From positions 124,001 through 188,000 of the IMG/VR virus record IMGVR_UViG_3300042922_000643: a stretch of 64,000 bases of DNA. The stretch is one strand, 5' to 3'. Under the pieces are notes generated by a model. It made no database searches. It was not told where the DNA came from and worked only from the letters and a program-made list of their open reading frames with translations. Each line of letters begins with the position of its first letter. Position 1 is the first letter of the stretch. This document shows positions 10,371 to 21,300 of this stretch, in pieces. Made by a program: the position numbers and the translations under genes.

Positions 10371-11093
10371 TTAATGGCTCGAAGGCCCTCTATATTTAGG
10401 TACACCTGGATAAGACCATCCTGAGATGGGGTCGGGTCCACAATCTATATGTACAAAAGATTGACCAATGGCAACGCCTCGAAGCCCAAGACTCCATGCA
10501 GCGTCTGCAATAGTATATCTTTCTTGTCCAAAAGAACCGATATCTATGGCGATTCCACACATATGAGGACTCCATTGCGATTGTACGGGGTCATGTCTAA
10601 ACCCTGAATTAATCTGTATCTTTTTCACACCGATCTTCGGAGCAATAACTTGATAGAGCAGTGGAAGAATATTAGCGAAGTCTGCTGCGAAAGTATTCTG
10701 CTTCGGATGTACAAAGTAGAATTGTTCTGTGCTCACAGGAACAAATCCTGCGAAATTCGCTTGTCTTGCTGCCAATATACGTGCTTTGTGATAGTCCTTT
10801 CTACTGCCTGTAGGGATAGTGACCGTGTTACCTGTCAAATAGGCTGACTTCATATTCCCAGGAATTACAATAGATGATGGATCTACGCTTGCTGTTACCA
10901 CATCGGTCTGTATAGGGCCGATAAAGTTAGGATCTGTGCTGGAGATACCAGTAACAGCGGAGGCACTAGCCGCAGCTAGTACCTTTCTGTTCTGAATACC
11001 TTCAACTTCAGAGCTGGCAATTTCGGAGATGTAGTTTACTTTCTCTACATAATCTTGCTCCCACTTGATCTTGCTACTAGATCTCTCCGCCAT
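10371..11093 (-). CDS. Peptidase M15-family (LAS) cell-wall peptidase, probably tail-associated
   Basis: INSGFR...SPHMCGIAIDI...FVHID zinc-ligand motifs. Confidence 0.85.
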   Translation of the reverse strand: MAERSSSKIKWEQDYVEKVNYISEIASSEVEGIQNRKVLAAASASAVTGISSTDPNFIGPIQTDVVTASVDPSSIVIPGNMKSAYLTGNTVTIPTGSRKDYHKARILAARQANFAGFVPVSTEQFYFVHPKQNTFAADFANILPLLYQVIAPKIGVKKIQINSGFRHDPVQSQWSPHMCGIAIDIGSFGQERYTIADAAWSLGLRGVAIGQSFVHIDCGPDPISGWSYPGVPKYRGPSSH

Positions 11094-11105
11094 ATGTCTC
11101 TCCCC

Positions 11106-14100
11106 TTATTCATTGTTCGTCCACGATTCTTCAATATAGGTGTCATTGGAGCCTGAACTTTCTGTCCGCTCTCCTGAGTTAATATAGTAGTCTACACTAC
11201 CTAAGCCTGCTTCTTCATCAAATGGATTTAGACTTTGATTATCGAAGAAGTAGTTGAGCGTCTTTCCTAACGCAGCCGTCCAATCGTCTGCTCCAGCATA
11301 CCCAGCCCCCATGTAGAACTGGTCCATTTTCCCTGGTTTACTGCCCACGACGGAACCAGCGTATCCATTAATCCCAGCGGTAAAATTACGTTGCTGATAT
11401 TTCATTGGCATGATCATAACAGCTTGACGTGCTTTTTTATTCCGAAGGAAGGCCTCAGCCCACGTTGCGGCAATATAACTTACGGCAAGCCCTGCAAGAA
11501 CATCTACAGCAATTAATGGCCCACCAACAAGGAATCCACCGACCTTGAGGAAGTTCATTGCATTCTTTCCTTCACCAAGGTTTTTCACTATGCCTTCTGA
11601 GACAGAGACTAACCCCTTACGACTCACTTTGCCAAGCTTTTTTAATCCCGTTCCTTCGATTGTGGATACTTTACCCTTCATTTTCTCAAGAACCTGACCC
11701 ATTTCCTCAATAACCTTAGCTTCGCTTCGTATAGCCCCAGGCTTTTTGACGTCATCATATTCACGAAGCAGCTCTTTGAACCGACCAAAGTCTGCATCAC
11801 CCTTCTCAGGTGAAAGCATCGAGGCAAGCCTTAACATCGCATTTCCTGTCACCGAACCTGTCCACTGTGCTGCCTTTGATACAGCTGCCGTTCCCATAAT
11901 CTTACTCATGGTTCTTGCAGCAAGGTATTTCCCTAGCACGTAAGAGGATAGGCCAATAGAGGCGGAACAGAACCAAGTTGCACGAGAAATTGTAGACATA
12001 TCGTCAACGACGACGACAGCATCAGGAGTGATCATCGTAATAAATCCTGTCTCTAAGGAGAAGCTGTGAGTCACGTCTTTTACAAGGAACGGACCATTCA
12101 TCTCATGCACAATGTCTGTCATATGACACATATCGTGTGGCTTTACTGATGGGTCACCTAGAACTGTTAGAGTTCCCTTGTACATATCCTTCACGGAGTC
12201 TCTCAGTACACTTTGAGCATAGTAATTGAGCTGCTTATCAATTGTCCAGAAGTCTGGGACCAATGGAGATGGGTCCGTCAGGTTAGTTTCAATAACCTTA
12301 GTCTTCTGTTTATCGTATCTGATATCAAAGTCTGCCTGTTGAAGCAAGCTCTGTTCTCCTGAAGCAGATCTAGCAATGATGTTTGTATAAACACCGTCTT
12401 CAGAAGCTTTTATTTTGTTGCCAATGATATCAGTGATGCTGTTATAAATATGGAACTGCTGGAATGGTTTGCGGACTTCTTTAGTAACAACCCGCTCCCA
12501 GTAGCTATCCAGTTCATTCCAGTTATACAAGCTATCATAACGATAAGCTACACGATAGTATGGTTTCCCGAAGAACAATGTTGATCTGGTTTCAAAAGGA
12601 AGCACGGCTGCAATATAGTCTGGAGATGTGTAAGCCAGTGTCTGGGCAACATCCCAAGTGCTCTGTCCATATAGCTTCATCTCAATGTCCATCTCGTCAC
12701 CACTCCACTGAGGAAGGAAGCCAAAGCCATTCCATTTTACGCCCATAGATGCACCATCTTGATACGTCCACTGGCTAAATGTATTCGCTCCATTACTGGA
12801 ATAGATATTTTGCACAGCTTCACCATATTGTGCATCCGTAATATGCCATCCGAAGATGCTTCCAATCGAAGCGTTGGTTCCTGGAGTCTTTACAGGATTA
12901 CCGAAGTGAAGAATACCTAGCGGATTATCTTTAAAGAATCTGCCGCCCGACTGGTAGTTGATTGCATCTTTGAACCAGTTCCCCTTAGAGGTCATTAACT
13001 TAGCCAGTAAATCACGAGGCTCTGTAAGCTTTTTCATGAAAGCATCGTTAGTCTCATCAGGGTCTGCGCTAATTACATTCGTAAGCTCGATACCATCACC
13101 TTGAGCAATGATCGTAATAAGATCATCAGTATCCATCTCTGTAATTGTTCCATTAAACATGACAGGAAGAGATGTTGCATCTGATCCATAACCCAAGCGC
13201 AGGTGTATACGAGCGCCTGTTTGTAGGAACATTCCATCGACTAGCTCTGTTCTTGCGTTTAGAAGCTCTTGCGTTGGTTGTCCAAAAATGAAGTTATCCC
13301 AGATACTATACTCCCAATCACCATATCGGTCTTCCATACGTCTAGAAGTCAAGTTACTATAGATGTTAGTCATCTTTACAACCGCAGTATCTGCTGCGAT
13401 GTTCCGACTCTTATGGACGTCAATGGAAGTTATAGCATTAAACCCATAGAAGTTGTCCCATAGACGATAGTTAGCCATCCATCGACCTTCATCAATAATA
13501 AACATTTGGAAGGTTGGGAACGCTCTAAGCATTCTTCCTCGTTGATCATACTCGCACATGTCCGTAAACATGTCTCTCCAAGTTTCTTGAGGTGTTTCAT
13601 TGTACTTCAAGTTGTTAATCCCCAGAGCTTTAGCTACAGTAGTATATTCTTGATACACTTGAAGGTCAGACTTTGGTGCTTGCTTTGCTGTTTCTAAAGA
13701 AAGTACTAGTGGGTTCTTATCCAAAACAAGAGGACTTTGAGAGTAAATCTTGTACATCTTCATCAGGATTTCATCACTTATTTTTTCTACCCGTTCATCT
13801 TTTACCCGCTGGTCAATAATGACACTATACTGCTGCTCGAATCGGATGATCTCCTTGATCATGGCTTCACGATCAGTACGGATGAGTGCTACAGCAGTGG
13901 AAGATACATTATTCAGATAGCTGTATACACTGTTATCCAGTTTGGCAGAAGGTGTTGCAAACTTTTTCTCCGTACTATTGTACCGACCTTCAAACCATTT
14001 TTCGATGACTGGAACATAGTACTCACTCTTGAGCTTTCTTTCCTTAAAGTTCTTTGGCTTGTTGTATGCAACGACAGCCCATTCCCATGTTCTAGAACGA

Positions 14101-17100
14101 ACTTGGATATCATCAGACTCATTCATCTTCTTGAGCTGGGCTTTAAAGATAGTTGCCATACGACGGATATTAAATTTCCAATCCCATGTTAACCGTCTCG
14201 CCTCAGACACGCTATAGGCATGGACAATCAAAGTGATCTGGCCAATACCTGCGGCAGCTTGTTTTCTCTGAGAAGAAGATTCGCCAGGATAGAGCTTGGC
14301 TGTATATCCGTTAGCTCCATGATAGAGTTGTTCCCATCCGCTTTCTTGACTAAGCAAGGACTTCAGGATGTTGGCAGCCCGTTCTCGCGTAATCATTCCT
14401 TTAGTAGCGTTCAAGTCGGAGTAAGGAATAGAACCAATAGAAATACTTGGAGCATTCTTCCATTTAGGATCACCAGAATGTTTCAGCCATAGATAAGATG
14501 CTTTCGCGTAATCATCCATGCTGGCATAGGTTAATTTTTCTTTGACCACCTTGCTTGAACTTTTTCGCTCATCGAATACAAAGCCAGCAAACAGCTCATC
14601 TATAATGGCATAAATCTCTTTATAAACTTCAAGCTTCGTTGGATTAACAAGGAACTGCTGAAGTGTTACACCACTAACTCCTGTCCAAGCATCAATTTCT
14701 GTCTGGGTTGGGAACGCAGTAACATTGCTGAAGTTCTCCATCCAGGAGTCCACAGACTGTCCTGAAGACTGTAGTGTCTTGCCAACGCCACCCCAGTTCG
14801 TTGTTGGCTCCGAGCCTTCTTCTGTCGAAAACGCAGTTCTAGCTGTTTCACTGCTGTCTTGGTTAGACATGAAAGACACTTTAGTTAGTTCAGTGCTTGC
14901 ATTACGAGCAGCCTCTGTATCTTGAGCGAGCTTATTAAACATAGCCATATTTGCATCGTCGGCATCAAAAATATTTTCGCTATCGAGCTTCGTAGTAGCT
15001 ACGAAACCAGAGTAGTCCTGTATTCTTGTCAGTCCAATCTCTGTTTCTGTTCCTGTCTCTTTTTCATACTTGTACTGTTTTAAATAGTTTCGATATGTCC
15101 ACGATGTGGAGATATAAAAGTCAGGGTCTACATATTTTGCGCCTGACGGATTGTGATAAGCGCGAATGCCCGCTTTAATATAACCGAGTGCGTTGTTTAA
15201 CTCTTGGTATGTAGGAAGTTCCAAGTCAGGATAAAGTTCAAGATCTTTCATCTTACGTTCAACAACGATAGGATCTCTACCTTCTACTGTAGAGACATGT
15301 CTCTCTTCGATCTTTGTAGAATCTGTTGCTGCAAATCCATCCAGAGTTTCTGATCTTTTTTGTGTCTTGTCAAATCCACAAAGAGTCATTTCAATCTGGA
15401 AACGGTTAGGGAATCCAGGCACAGTCCGAGTAACACAAGATTCGATCATCACGCTATTAACACCAAACAGGCGGGTCAGCTGATTCTCAAATCCAACGAA
15501 GCCTGAGGAGATTCCTAGTCTATATTTCTTAGAGTAATAATCAGACTTTTCGATAAGCTCTCGAATAGAACGGATAGCGTTACGATCATCGGTTTCCATC
15601 GTCACTTGAATATAAGGATCTTGTGATCCCATGTATTGATAAGTTGGGTGGTCCCCCATCTGAGTTGATACTTGAGCGAAGTTGTTTTCGTATGTCACAT
15701 TCATTGAAGTAATCAATACATTATCCACGTAGTAATCTTCCATGATAATAGTGCCTTCGCTTGAATTTGCTTTCTCTTGCAACTTTTGATAATTCACATT
15801 GTATGCCGTCTTCTGGAAATTTGCTTGGATCTCAGACTTATTGATCGTAACTAAATAACCCAAGTGTGTAGTATTGTTTGGGTCAAACGCATATAGATCT
15901 TGATTCTTATTATTCATAGCGACATCAGTTATAAGTAGCTTCTTTGGTATCTTAGCCCTATTGGTTTCGGCGCTTACCCGAAGAACAATCAGATCTGTAG
16001 TTCTGGATATCAATCCGAATGTACATTCCATAGGCAAGTAGAACGCATCGCTATTTGCTAAAGAGAAATTCTTTCCATAGATAGCCTCATAAACATCCTT
16101 ATTCAAAGTAGGACTGAATTTTGACGGAAAGTCTTTGCCTTTTCTGACTCTAAGAGAAGCACATCTATTCAGTTGATCAAGCGCTTGAGATACACGTTCT
16201 CCATCAATAGCCATACGGCCTAACAGGTTCTTACCATCAGCGTATTCGGTATTGAACTCGGAAGCACTGGATAGAAAGCGCAGTTCTTTGACAGAGTCCT
16301 GACGCTCAGCCAGATCGCTCTCACTTGCAATCGTAAAGTGAAAATCGTTTGTGAGTTCGCCTTCAATAGGAGCCAGATAGGATCTGTACGGATTCTTCTG
16401 ATCTCTCATTGTTTGTTGATAGTACCAACGAAACATTGGATAGTTAATTTGCTGATCAAGGAATTCTACGTGGGGCATATAAGCTTCATGATCGAACTGA
16501 GCTAGAATGAGGGTAGCCGCAATAGAATGAGGGAATCCTGGGACTGTAGCTACATTTAGGTTCACCAAAATGACATCATGAATATTCATAACTTCATTGA
16601 TGTATTCATTCTCGATAGGAAGAAAAGGCGCTTTTTTGAACTGAGCAATCAATGAACGAAGACCATCCATGTAATAGTACCCACCATCAGCCATCTTCAC
16701 AGGGTAACCGTTGATGGATTCAAGATCATGGAAATACAGCTGTAAGCTAATTGTCTGATGAGAAGATCCAGCCTTAACCATCATCGAAGACTTGGTACGG
16801 AGAGTTTTCACTTTCTCGATACTAGAGGTCGTATTCACTTGAATAGATAGCGGCGGAATAATAAACTGCACATCCCCAATACGCATATGATAAGGAGATG
16901 TCATAGATCTGCGATCATCCATACCTGAAAAGAAGTTCAGTGTATTATCCTGGATAGCTTCTGCGCCAACAACGAACTCATTTTGTTTCTGAGCTTCGGT
17001 AAGCTTAACTACAATAGGAACAACGATGCTTGTGATAGAAGGGTACAAAACGAAGTTGCCATTTTCATCAGGCAAAAGATTATTCGCACTAATCAGCGTA

Positions 17101-18335
17101 TTCTTATCGACTTCGTACCCTTTGCCAGCGAACTCTTTAACAATAGAAGATAGAGTATCTCCCTTTTTAATAATATAAGTATGAGTTGTTTTTGTTGTCA
17201 GCTCGTTGTCATAGCGCATCCGAGCAAGTTCTTCTTGAATCTTTTTTTCGGCAGCGACCTTTAGAGCTTCGTCTTCAGCCTGAATAGCCTGGACCTTATC
17301 GCTGGAGTCATAGCCTTCAACGTATTCCCAGTTAATCGTATCAAACTTTGTGTTGTTATTCTGATACTGATATGTTGCCGATGGGAAACCAAGAGGCACA
17401 TGTCTTTCTTTGCCTTGGTCATCAAAGTAAGTAAACTGCGTAGAGCTTGCAAGCAAACTTTTATTCGCATTGATGTACCATTCGCTGTCAGATAAAGCTT
17501 CGTCAGCCAGAGCATATACTGTCTTATAGACAACACCCATCCAACGGCTACCTGTTCCGTCTTTTGCGGGTGCATTATTCTTTACATCAATATCAACAAT
17601 AACTGTGCCTCCAGCAATGCTTAAGATATCGACAGTTGCTTGTTTGCCTAGCGCACCAATTTGATAGGTGGTATCCATATCGATCTTGTATTTTCTAGAG
17701 ATCTCATTATTCCGATTATCTGCATCCTCAGAAACAGAACCGTTAATGTTCTTAAGTGTCTCAGCAGTATCTACTCCTGCATAACGAATACGAATAGTTT
17801 TTCCTTCATCAAAATCATCGTATGTATTTAGGCTGTTCCCACGGCGAGATATTAAGACATCAATAGTATCTCCGTCGATAACTGTTCCTTTACCGACAAC
17901 TAACCAAGAACGGTCACCAGGGAGATGCTCCCAGACCAGGTCATATTTATTACCAAAGTAAAAAGTCTTTGTCCGTTCCTTACCGAGGTTCACGCTGTTG
18001 ATATCATACTTAGAAGGATTTAGCTCTTTCAAGATAAGATTATACGCTTGAATAGAGAGGTCAAGGCTGGAGACATTAATTCTCCCGCCCTCTGTCTCTT
18101 TAGTGTATTTCAGGTAAAAGTCTTCATCATATGTGACGCCGCTGTTCCATTTCCAGTCACTGTTCGCAGCTTCAAGCATGGCAATGACCTCAACCAAACG
18201 AGCACCTACAAAGGAAGCTACCTTATTATCTTTCCATATTGTCAATTCAGCTTTACCATCAGGAGTCAGGAAGCTCGCTTCCCAACTCTTACTATATGGA
18301 TTTCTATGTACCCGTGCTGCGTTTACTGAGATCAT
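11106..18335 (-). CDS. 2409-aa baseplate hub fusion: SNase fold + LysM + two tube-like repeats + lytic transglycosylase + gp27/GpD-like hub + hydrophobic C-terminus
   Basis: VIDGDT/RYAGVDTAE (SNase); YIIKKGDTLSSI (LysM); TVPGFP twice; LLSQESGW...AGIGQI...AVVAYN (SLT); IHLRLGYG...FNGTITE...GDPSVKPHD...VKDVTHSF (hub). Confidence 0.8.
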   Translation of the reverse strand: MISVNAARVHRNPYSKSWEASFLTPDGKAELTIWKDNKVASFVGARLVEVIAMLEAANSDWKWNSGVTYDEDFYLKYTKETEGGRINVSSLDLSIQAYNLILKELNPSKYDINSVNLGKERTKTFYFGNKYDLVWEHLPGDRSWLVVGKGTVIDGDTIDVLISRRGNSLNTYDDFDEGKTIRIRYAGVDTAETLKNINGSVSEDADNRNNEISRKYKIDMDTTYQIGALGKQATVDILSIAGGTVIVDIDVKNNAPAKDGTGSRWMGVVYKTVYALADEALSDSEWYINANKSLLASSTQFTYFDDQGKERHVPLGFPSATYQYQNNNTKFDTINWEYVEGYDSSDKVQAIQAEDEALKVAAEKKIQEELARMRYDNELTTKTTHTYIIKKGDTLSSIVKEFAGKGYEVDKNTLISANNLLPDENGNFVLYPSITSIVVPIVVKLTEAQKQNEFVVGAEAIQDNTLNFFSGMDDRRSMTSPYHMRIGDVQFIIPPLSIQVNTTSSIEKVKTLRTKSSMMVKAGSSHQTISLQLYFHDLESINGYPVKMADGGYYYMDGLRSLIAQFKKAPFLPIENEYINEVMNIHDVILVNLNVATVPGFPHSIAATLILAQFDHEAYMPHVEFLDQQINYPMFRWYYQQTMRDQKNPYRSYLAPIEGELTNDFHFTIASESDLAERQDSVKELRFLSSASEFNTEYADGKNLLGRMAIDGERVSQALDQLNRCASLRVRKGKDFPSKFSPTLNKDVYEAIYGKNFSLANSDAFYLPMECTFGLISRTTDLIVLRVSAETNRAKIPKKLLITDVAMNNKNQDLYAFDPNNTTHLGYLVTINKSEIQANFQKTAYNVNYQKLQEKANSSEGTIIMEDYYVDNVLITSMNVTYENNFAQVSTQMGDHPTYQYMGSQDPYIQVTMETDDRNAIRSIRELIEKSDYYSKKYRLGISSGFVGFENQLTRLFGVNSVMIESCVTRTVPGFPNRFQIEMTLCGFDKTQKRSETLDGFAATDSTKIEERHVSTVEGRDPIVVERKMKDLELYPDLELPTYQELNNALGYIKAGIRAYHNPSGAKYVDPDFYISTSWTYRNYLKQYKYEKETGTETEIGLTRIQDYSGFVATTKLDSENIFDADDANMAMFNKLAQDTEAARNASTELTKVSFMSNQDSSETARTAFSTEEGSEPTTNWGGVGKTLQSSGQSVDSWMENFSNVTAFPTQTEIDAWTGVSGVTLQQFLVNPTKLEVYKEIYAIIDELFAGFVFDERKSSSKVVKEKLTYASMDDYAKASYLWLKHSGDPKWKNAPSISIGSIPYSDLNATKGMITRERAANILKSLLSQESGWEQLYHGANGYTAKLYPGESSSQRKQAAAGIGQITLIVHAYSVSEARRLTWDWKFNIRRMATIFKAQLKKMNESDDIQVRSRTWEWAVVAYNKPKNFKERKLKSEYYVPVIEKWFEGRYNSTEKKFATPSAKLDNSVYSYLNNVSSTAVALIRTDREAMIKEIIRFEQQYSVIIDQRVKDERVEKISDEILMKMYKIYSQSPLVLDKNPLVLSLETAKQAPKSDLQVYQEYTTVAKALGINNLKYNETPQETWRDMFTDMCEYDQRGRMLRAFPTFQMFIIDEGRWMANYRLWDNFYGFNAITSIDVHKSRNIAADTAVVKMTNIYSNLTSRRMEDRYGDWEYSIWDNFIFGQPTQELLNARTELVDGMFLQTGARIHLRLGYGSDATSLPVMFNGTITEMDTDDLITIIAQGDGIELTNVISADPDETNDAFMKKLTEPRDLLAKLMTSKGNWFKDAINYQSGGRFFKDNPLGILHFGNPVKTPGTNASIGSIFGWHITDAQYGEAVQNIYSSNGANTFSQWTYQDGASMGVKWNGFGFLPQWSGDEMDIEMKLYGQSTWDVAQTLAYTSPDYIAAVLPFETRSTLFFGKPYYRVAYRYDSLYNWNELDSYWERVVTKEVRKPFQQFHIYNSITDIIGNKIKASEDGVYTNIIARSASGEQSLLQQADFDIRYDKQKTKVIETNLTDPSPLVPDFWTIDKQLNYYAQSVLRDSVKDMYKGTLTVLGDPSVKPHDMCHMTDIVHEMNGPFLVKDVTHSFSLETGFITMITPDAVVVVDDMSTISRATWFCSASIGLSSYVLGKYLAARTMSKIMGTAAVSKAAQWTGSVTGNAMLRLASMLSPEKGDADFGRFKELLREYDDVKKPGAIRSEAKVIEEMGQVLEKMKGKVSTIEGTGLKKLGKVSRKGLVSVSEGIVKNLGEGKNAMNFLKVGGFLVGGPLIAVDVLAGLAVSYIAATWAEAFLRNKKARQAVMIMPMKYQQRNFTAGINGYAGSVVGSKPGKMDQFYMGAGYAGADDWTAALGKTLNYFFDNQSLNPFDEEAGLGSVDYYINSGERTESSGSNDTYIEESWTNNE

Positions 18336-18349
18336 CCGCTCTACTCCTC

Positions 18350-21300
18350 CTATGAGATGATACGACCTCCGCTAATCGCTTGGGATACAATCCCTTGTAG
18401 CCATTGCTGATCTAGGTTCGTCGTATTATCTTGTACATTCATATTCATGTTTAACTGCATTGGCATCATAGCGTTAAGTTCTCCATGCACCAGTGCAGCG
18501 ATTTGTTGTTCACTCATCGTGGAGGCCTGCTTGCTGTTAATCGAGATATTAATGTGTTCTCCATCCTCGTTCGGTGTAACTCGTGCAGTAGGAGATTTAT
18601 CAAGCATTCCCATCGCAGAACCGCGAGGCATAGACTCTTCAATAACTCCATCCTTACCTCGAACTGTTTCTTCAGGAGTAGGACCACCTCTAGTGATTGC
18701 ACTAGCAGCCCAAAGCCCTCCGAAGACTAAACCAGCAGCTCTGATTGTGCCAAACCCTGCCGAACCTCCACCGCCAAAGCCTGCGGCAAATCTGTCAGCT
18801 AACTCCCGTACTTTTTCCCCAGAATTTTTAGCGGTAGTAGCTCCGCCTAGTAGTTCCTCGCTAAGAGGTGTTGCCTGAGATTCACGAAGTAGACTACCCA
18901 TATTTGGCTCTTCCAAGTTAGATGCTAAAGCCTTACTAGAGTATGATAAGGGTTTTTCTAGTGATTCCGCAATACGAGGATCAAAATTAATTAAATGTTG
19001 CATACCAGGTGTTTCTAAAATTGAAGTTCCTTTGCCTCGCAGCATGTTACTCAAGTCTTCTGGGGATTTGATCCCTTCAGAAACGAATAGTTTATCGGAT
19101 ACGTCATTGAAGAGTCCGCGGCTTCTTCCTGTATACTGCCCTGTCTTTTGCAGGCTATCAAGCATGTGTTCAAATTCAAATGGTTGAGCGTCAGTTGGAG
19201 TGAAGCCAGCGCCTGAAGCAGTATCGAAAATTCCAAGCACGGAGTTTGCTTTACGGATACGCTCAATACCATCACCATCAGGACGATTGATACCGCCTTT
19301 CAGGTCTTCTAAGGCAGCATCCCGTTGGATGAGGTTTGTTCGTGCATATTCCTGAGCAGCTTCAAGTGTTGCGCCTTCGTTATTCGCAATATAGCTCTGT
19401 ACGAAGTCCTCTATCTTGAATTTTTTGGAAGAGATTGCTTTCTGGGAAACGGCTCGACCAAAGTCATCCAAGTGACTTCTCATTGTTGATAGTTCAGCAG
19501 AGCGCTCTTCGGTTAGCATTCCGCCAGACTTGAGTGTCTCTTTAACCCCGTAAATCAAACTCGAAAGCTTATAACGAGTATTATCGAGGACCCCTACATC
19601 CGCTTTACCTAAACGTGCGATAGCTGTTTCAGCATCTTGAAGCGGACCGACTTTAGGTGCCCATTGCTCGTGGAATTCTTTACGGAACTCTGCACTTCTC
19701 CACAGCTCTTGAACTGTTACCCCTTGGGCCGATGCCTTGCTCTCGATATCTGAGCGAACTTCTTTAGCGACAGCTTCAAATTCTGGCAACGATCCTTGAT
19801 GGATTTTAGCCATAGCTTGATGAACTTCTGCGCCCTCTTGGTATTTATAATGAGCAAGCACATTAGAGATAAAGTCACCATCATAGTCGGCATTTAGAGA
19901 AGTTGCTGTACCAACAGTGAATAGTCCTGTTCGTGCGTTCGCTTTTGTCAGTTCGTTTGAGACCTCAACCTTAAGTACAGCGTTCGTACTTTCATGGATC
20001 GTTGGATAACGGTTTACAAATCCATATAAACCCTTCTCTTTGATTTCCGCAAGTGCTGCTTCGCGCATGAACATATTCTTCGGGATACGATCACTTGTCT
20101 TAAGATTCTTATTGGCTTCTTTCCATTCTGTAGAAAGTACATTATGTCTCTCTGCATTAGTAGCTCTTAGAACCTTGTCTTCAGCGCCATCGATCATTTC
20201 CAGCATCCGCTGTTCGCTAACGTACAGGGAACCTTCTTTAAAGTTTCCACTCGCTAGAGGATTCACAGTCTGAGCACGAAACCGACCTGACATGTCCTGC
20301 TGAGATGTTAAGAGCTTCTTCGCGATACTACCTTTAGATGAAGTGATCTCATATCGAACCTGCTCATCATAATTACTAATTGCATTACGAAGGGCTGTCT
20401 CTGTTTCAGGTGTCTGAGCTGCCTGATACTCTTTCGATTTTGATGCAATCTTAATTTGCGCTTTCTGAAGATCAGTAAGTACTGCCATACTCTCATCGGC
20501 ATTAATAGGCACACTAGCGATATGAGAATCAAAGAAACGAACATATTTTCTACCGAAGTTGTCCCCTGGCAATTCGAAGAGCGCTGTTCCACCATTTTGA
20601 CGGATAGCGTCACTCATCTTTTTACCAGTTGCTTTGCCGTTCTCAAAGAGTTCGACATGCTCTCCGCCCATTTGAATTACGGTATTACTATAATCTCCAA
20701 CAGTCCGCGTTTGTCCTTTGTAACCTGACTGTGGAGGGTCAGTGAAAGTGTGTGCGGATATTTCAGTGATACCGTTATTAATACGGCCTGCACGGATACC
20801 GTCTCTATCATTGATATGGAAAGAATCACCACGTGTACGAATAACAACTTCGCCCTCACGCAAGATCCCCTTTTGCTGAAGGTCAGTATCTGTTAAGTCT
20901 AAGGAAGCACTAATGAGATTACGAGCATATCCATCGATGTCTCTGTTCTGCGCACGAGCAGCTGCACTTACATGTTTATTTACCCATGAAGAGACAGCAT
21001 TCCCTTCGCCTAAGAAACGGTCTGCGCGATCACTGATTGCTCCTGTTTCTTTAATCCCCCAGCTAACAAGACCATCAATGCTTTCAACTTTTTTCATCCG
21101 TCCCGTACGAGGATCAAAACGTCCCTCGAAGGTAGCGCCCATTGAGTTTTCCCAGTTATAGACATCTGCGTTACCAAATGATTCCTGTCCATATTCAATG
21201 GTATTCTTGAGGAAGCCACCAGCACCAATCCATTTGTTCTCTTCTTTGTCAAACTCAGAAAGGAAGTTTTGGACACTCTGAAGATTGAATGAGCCCTGGG

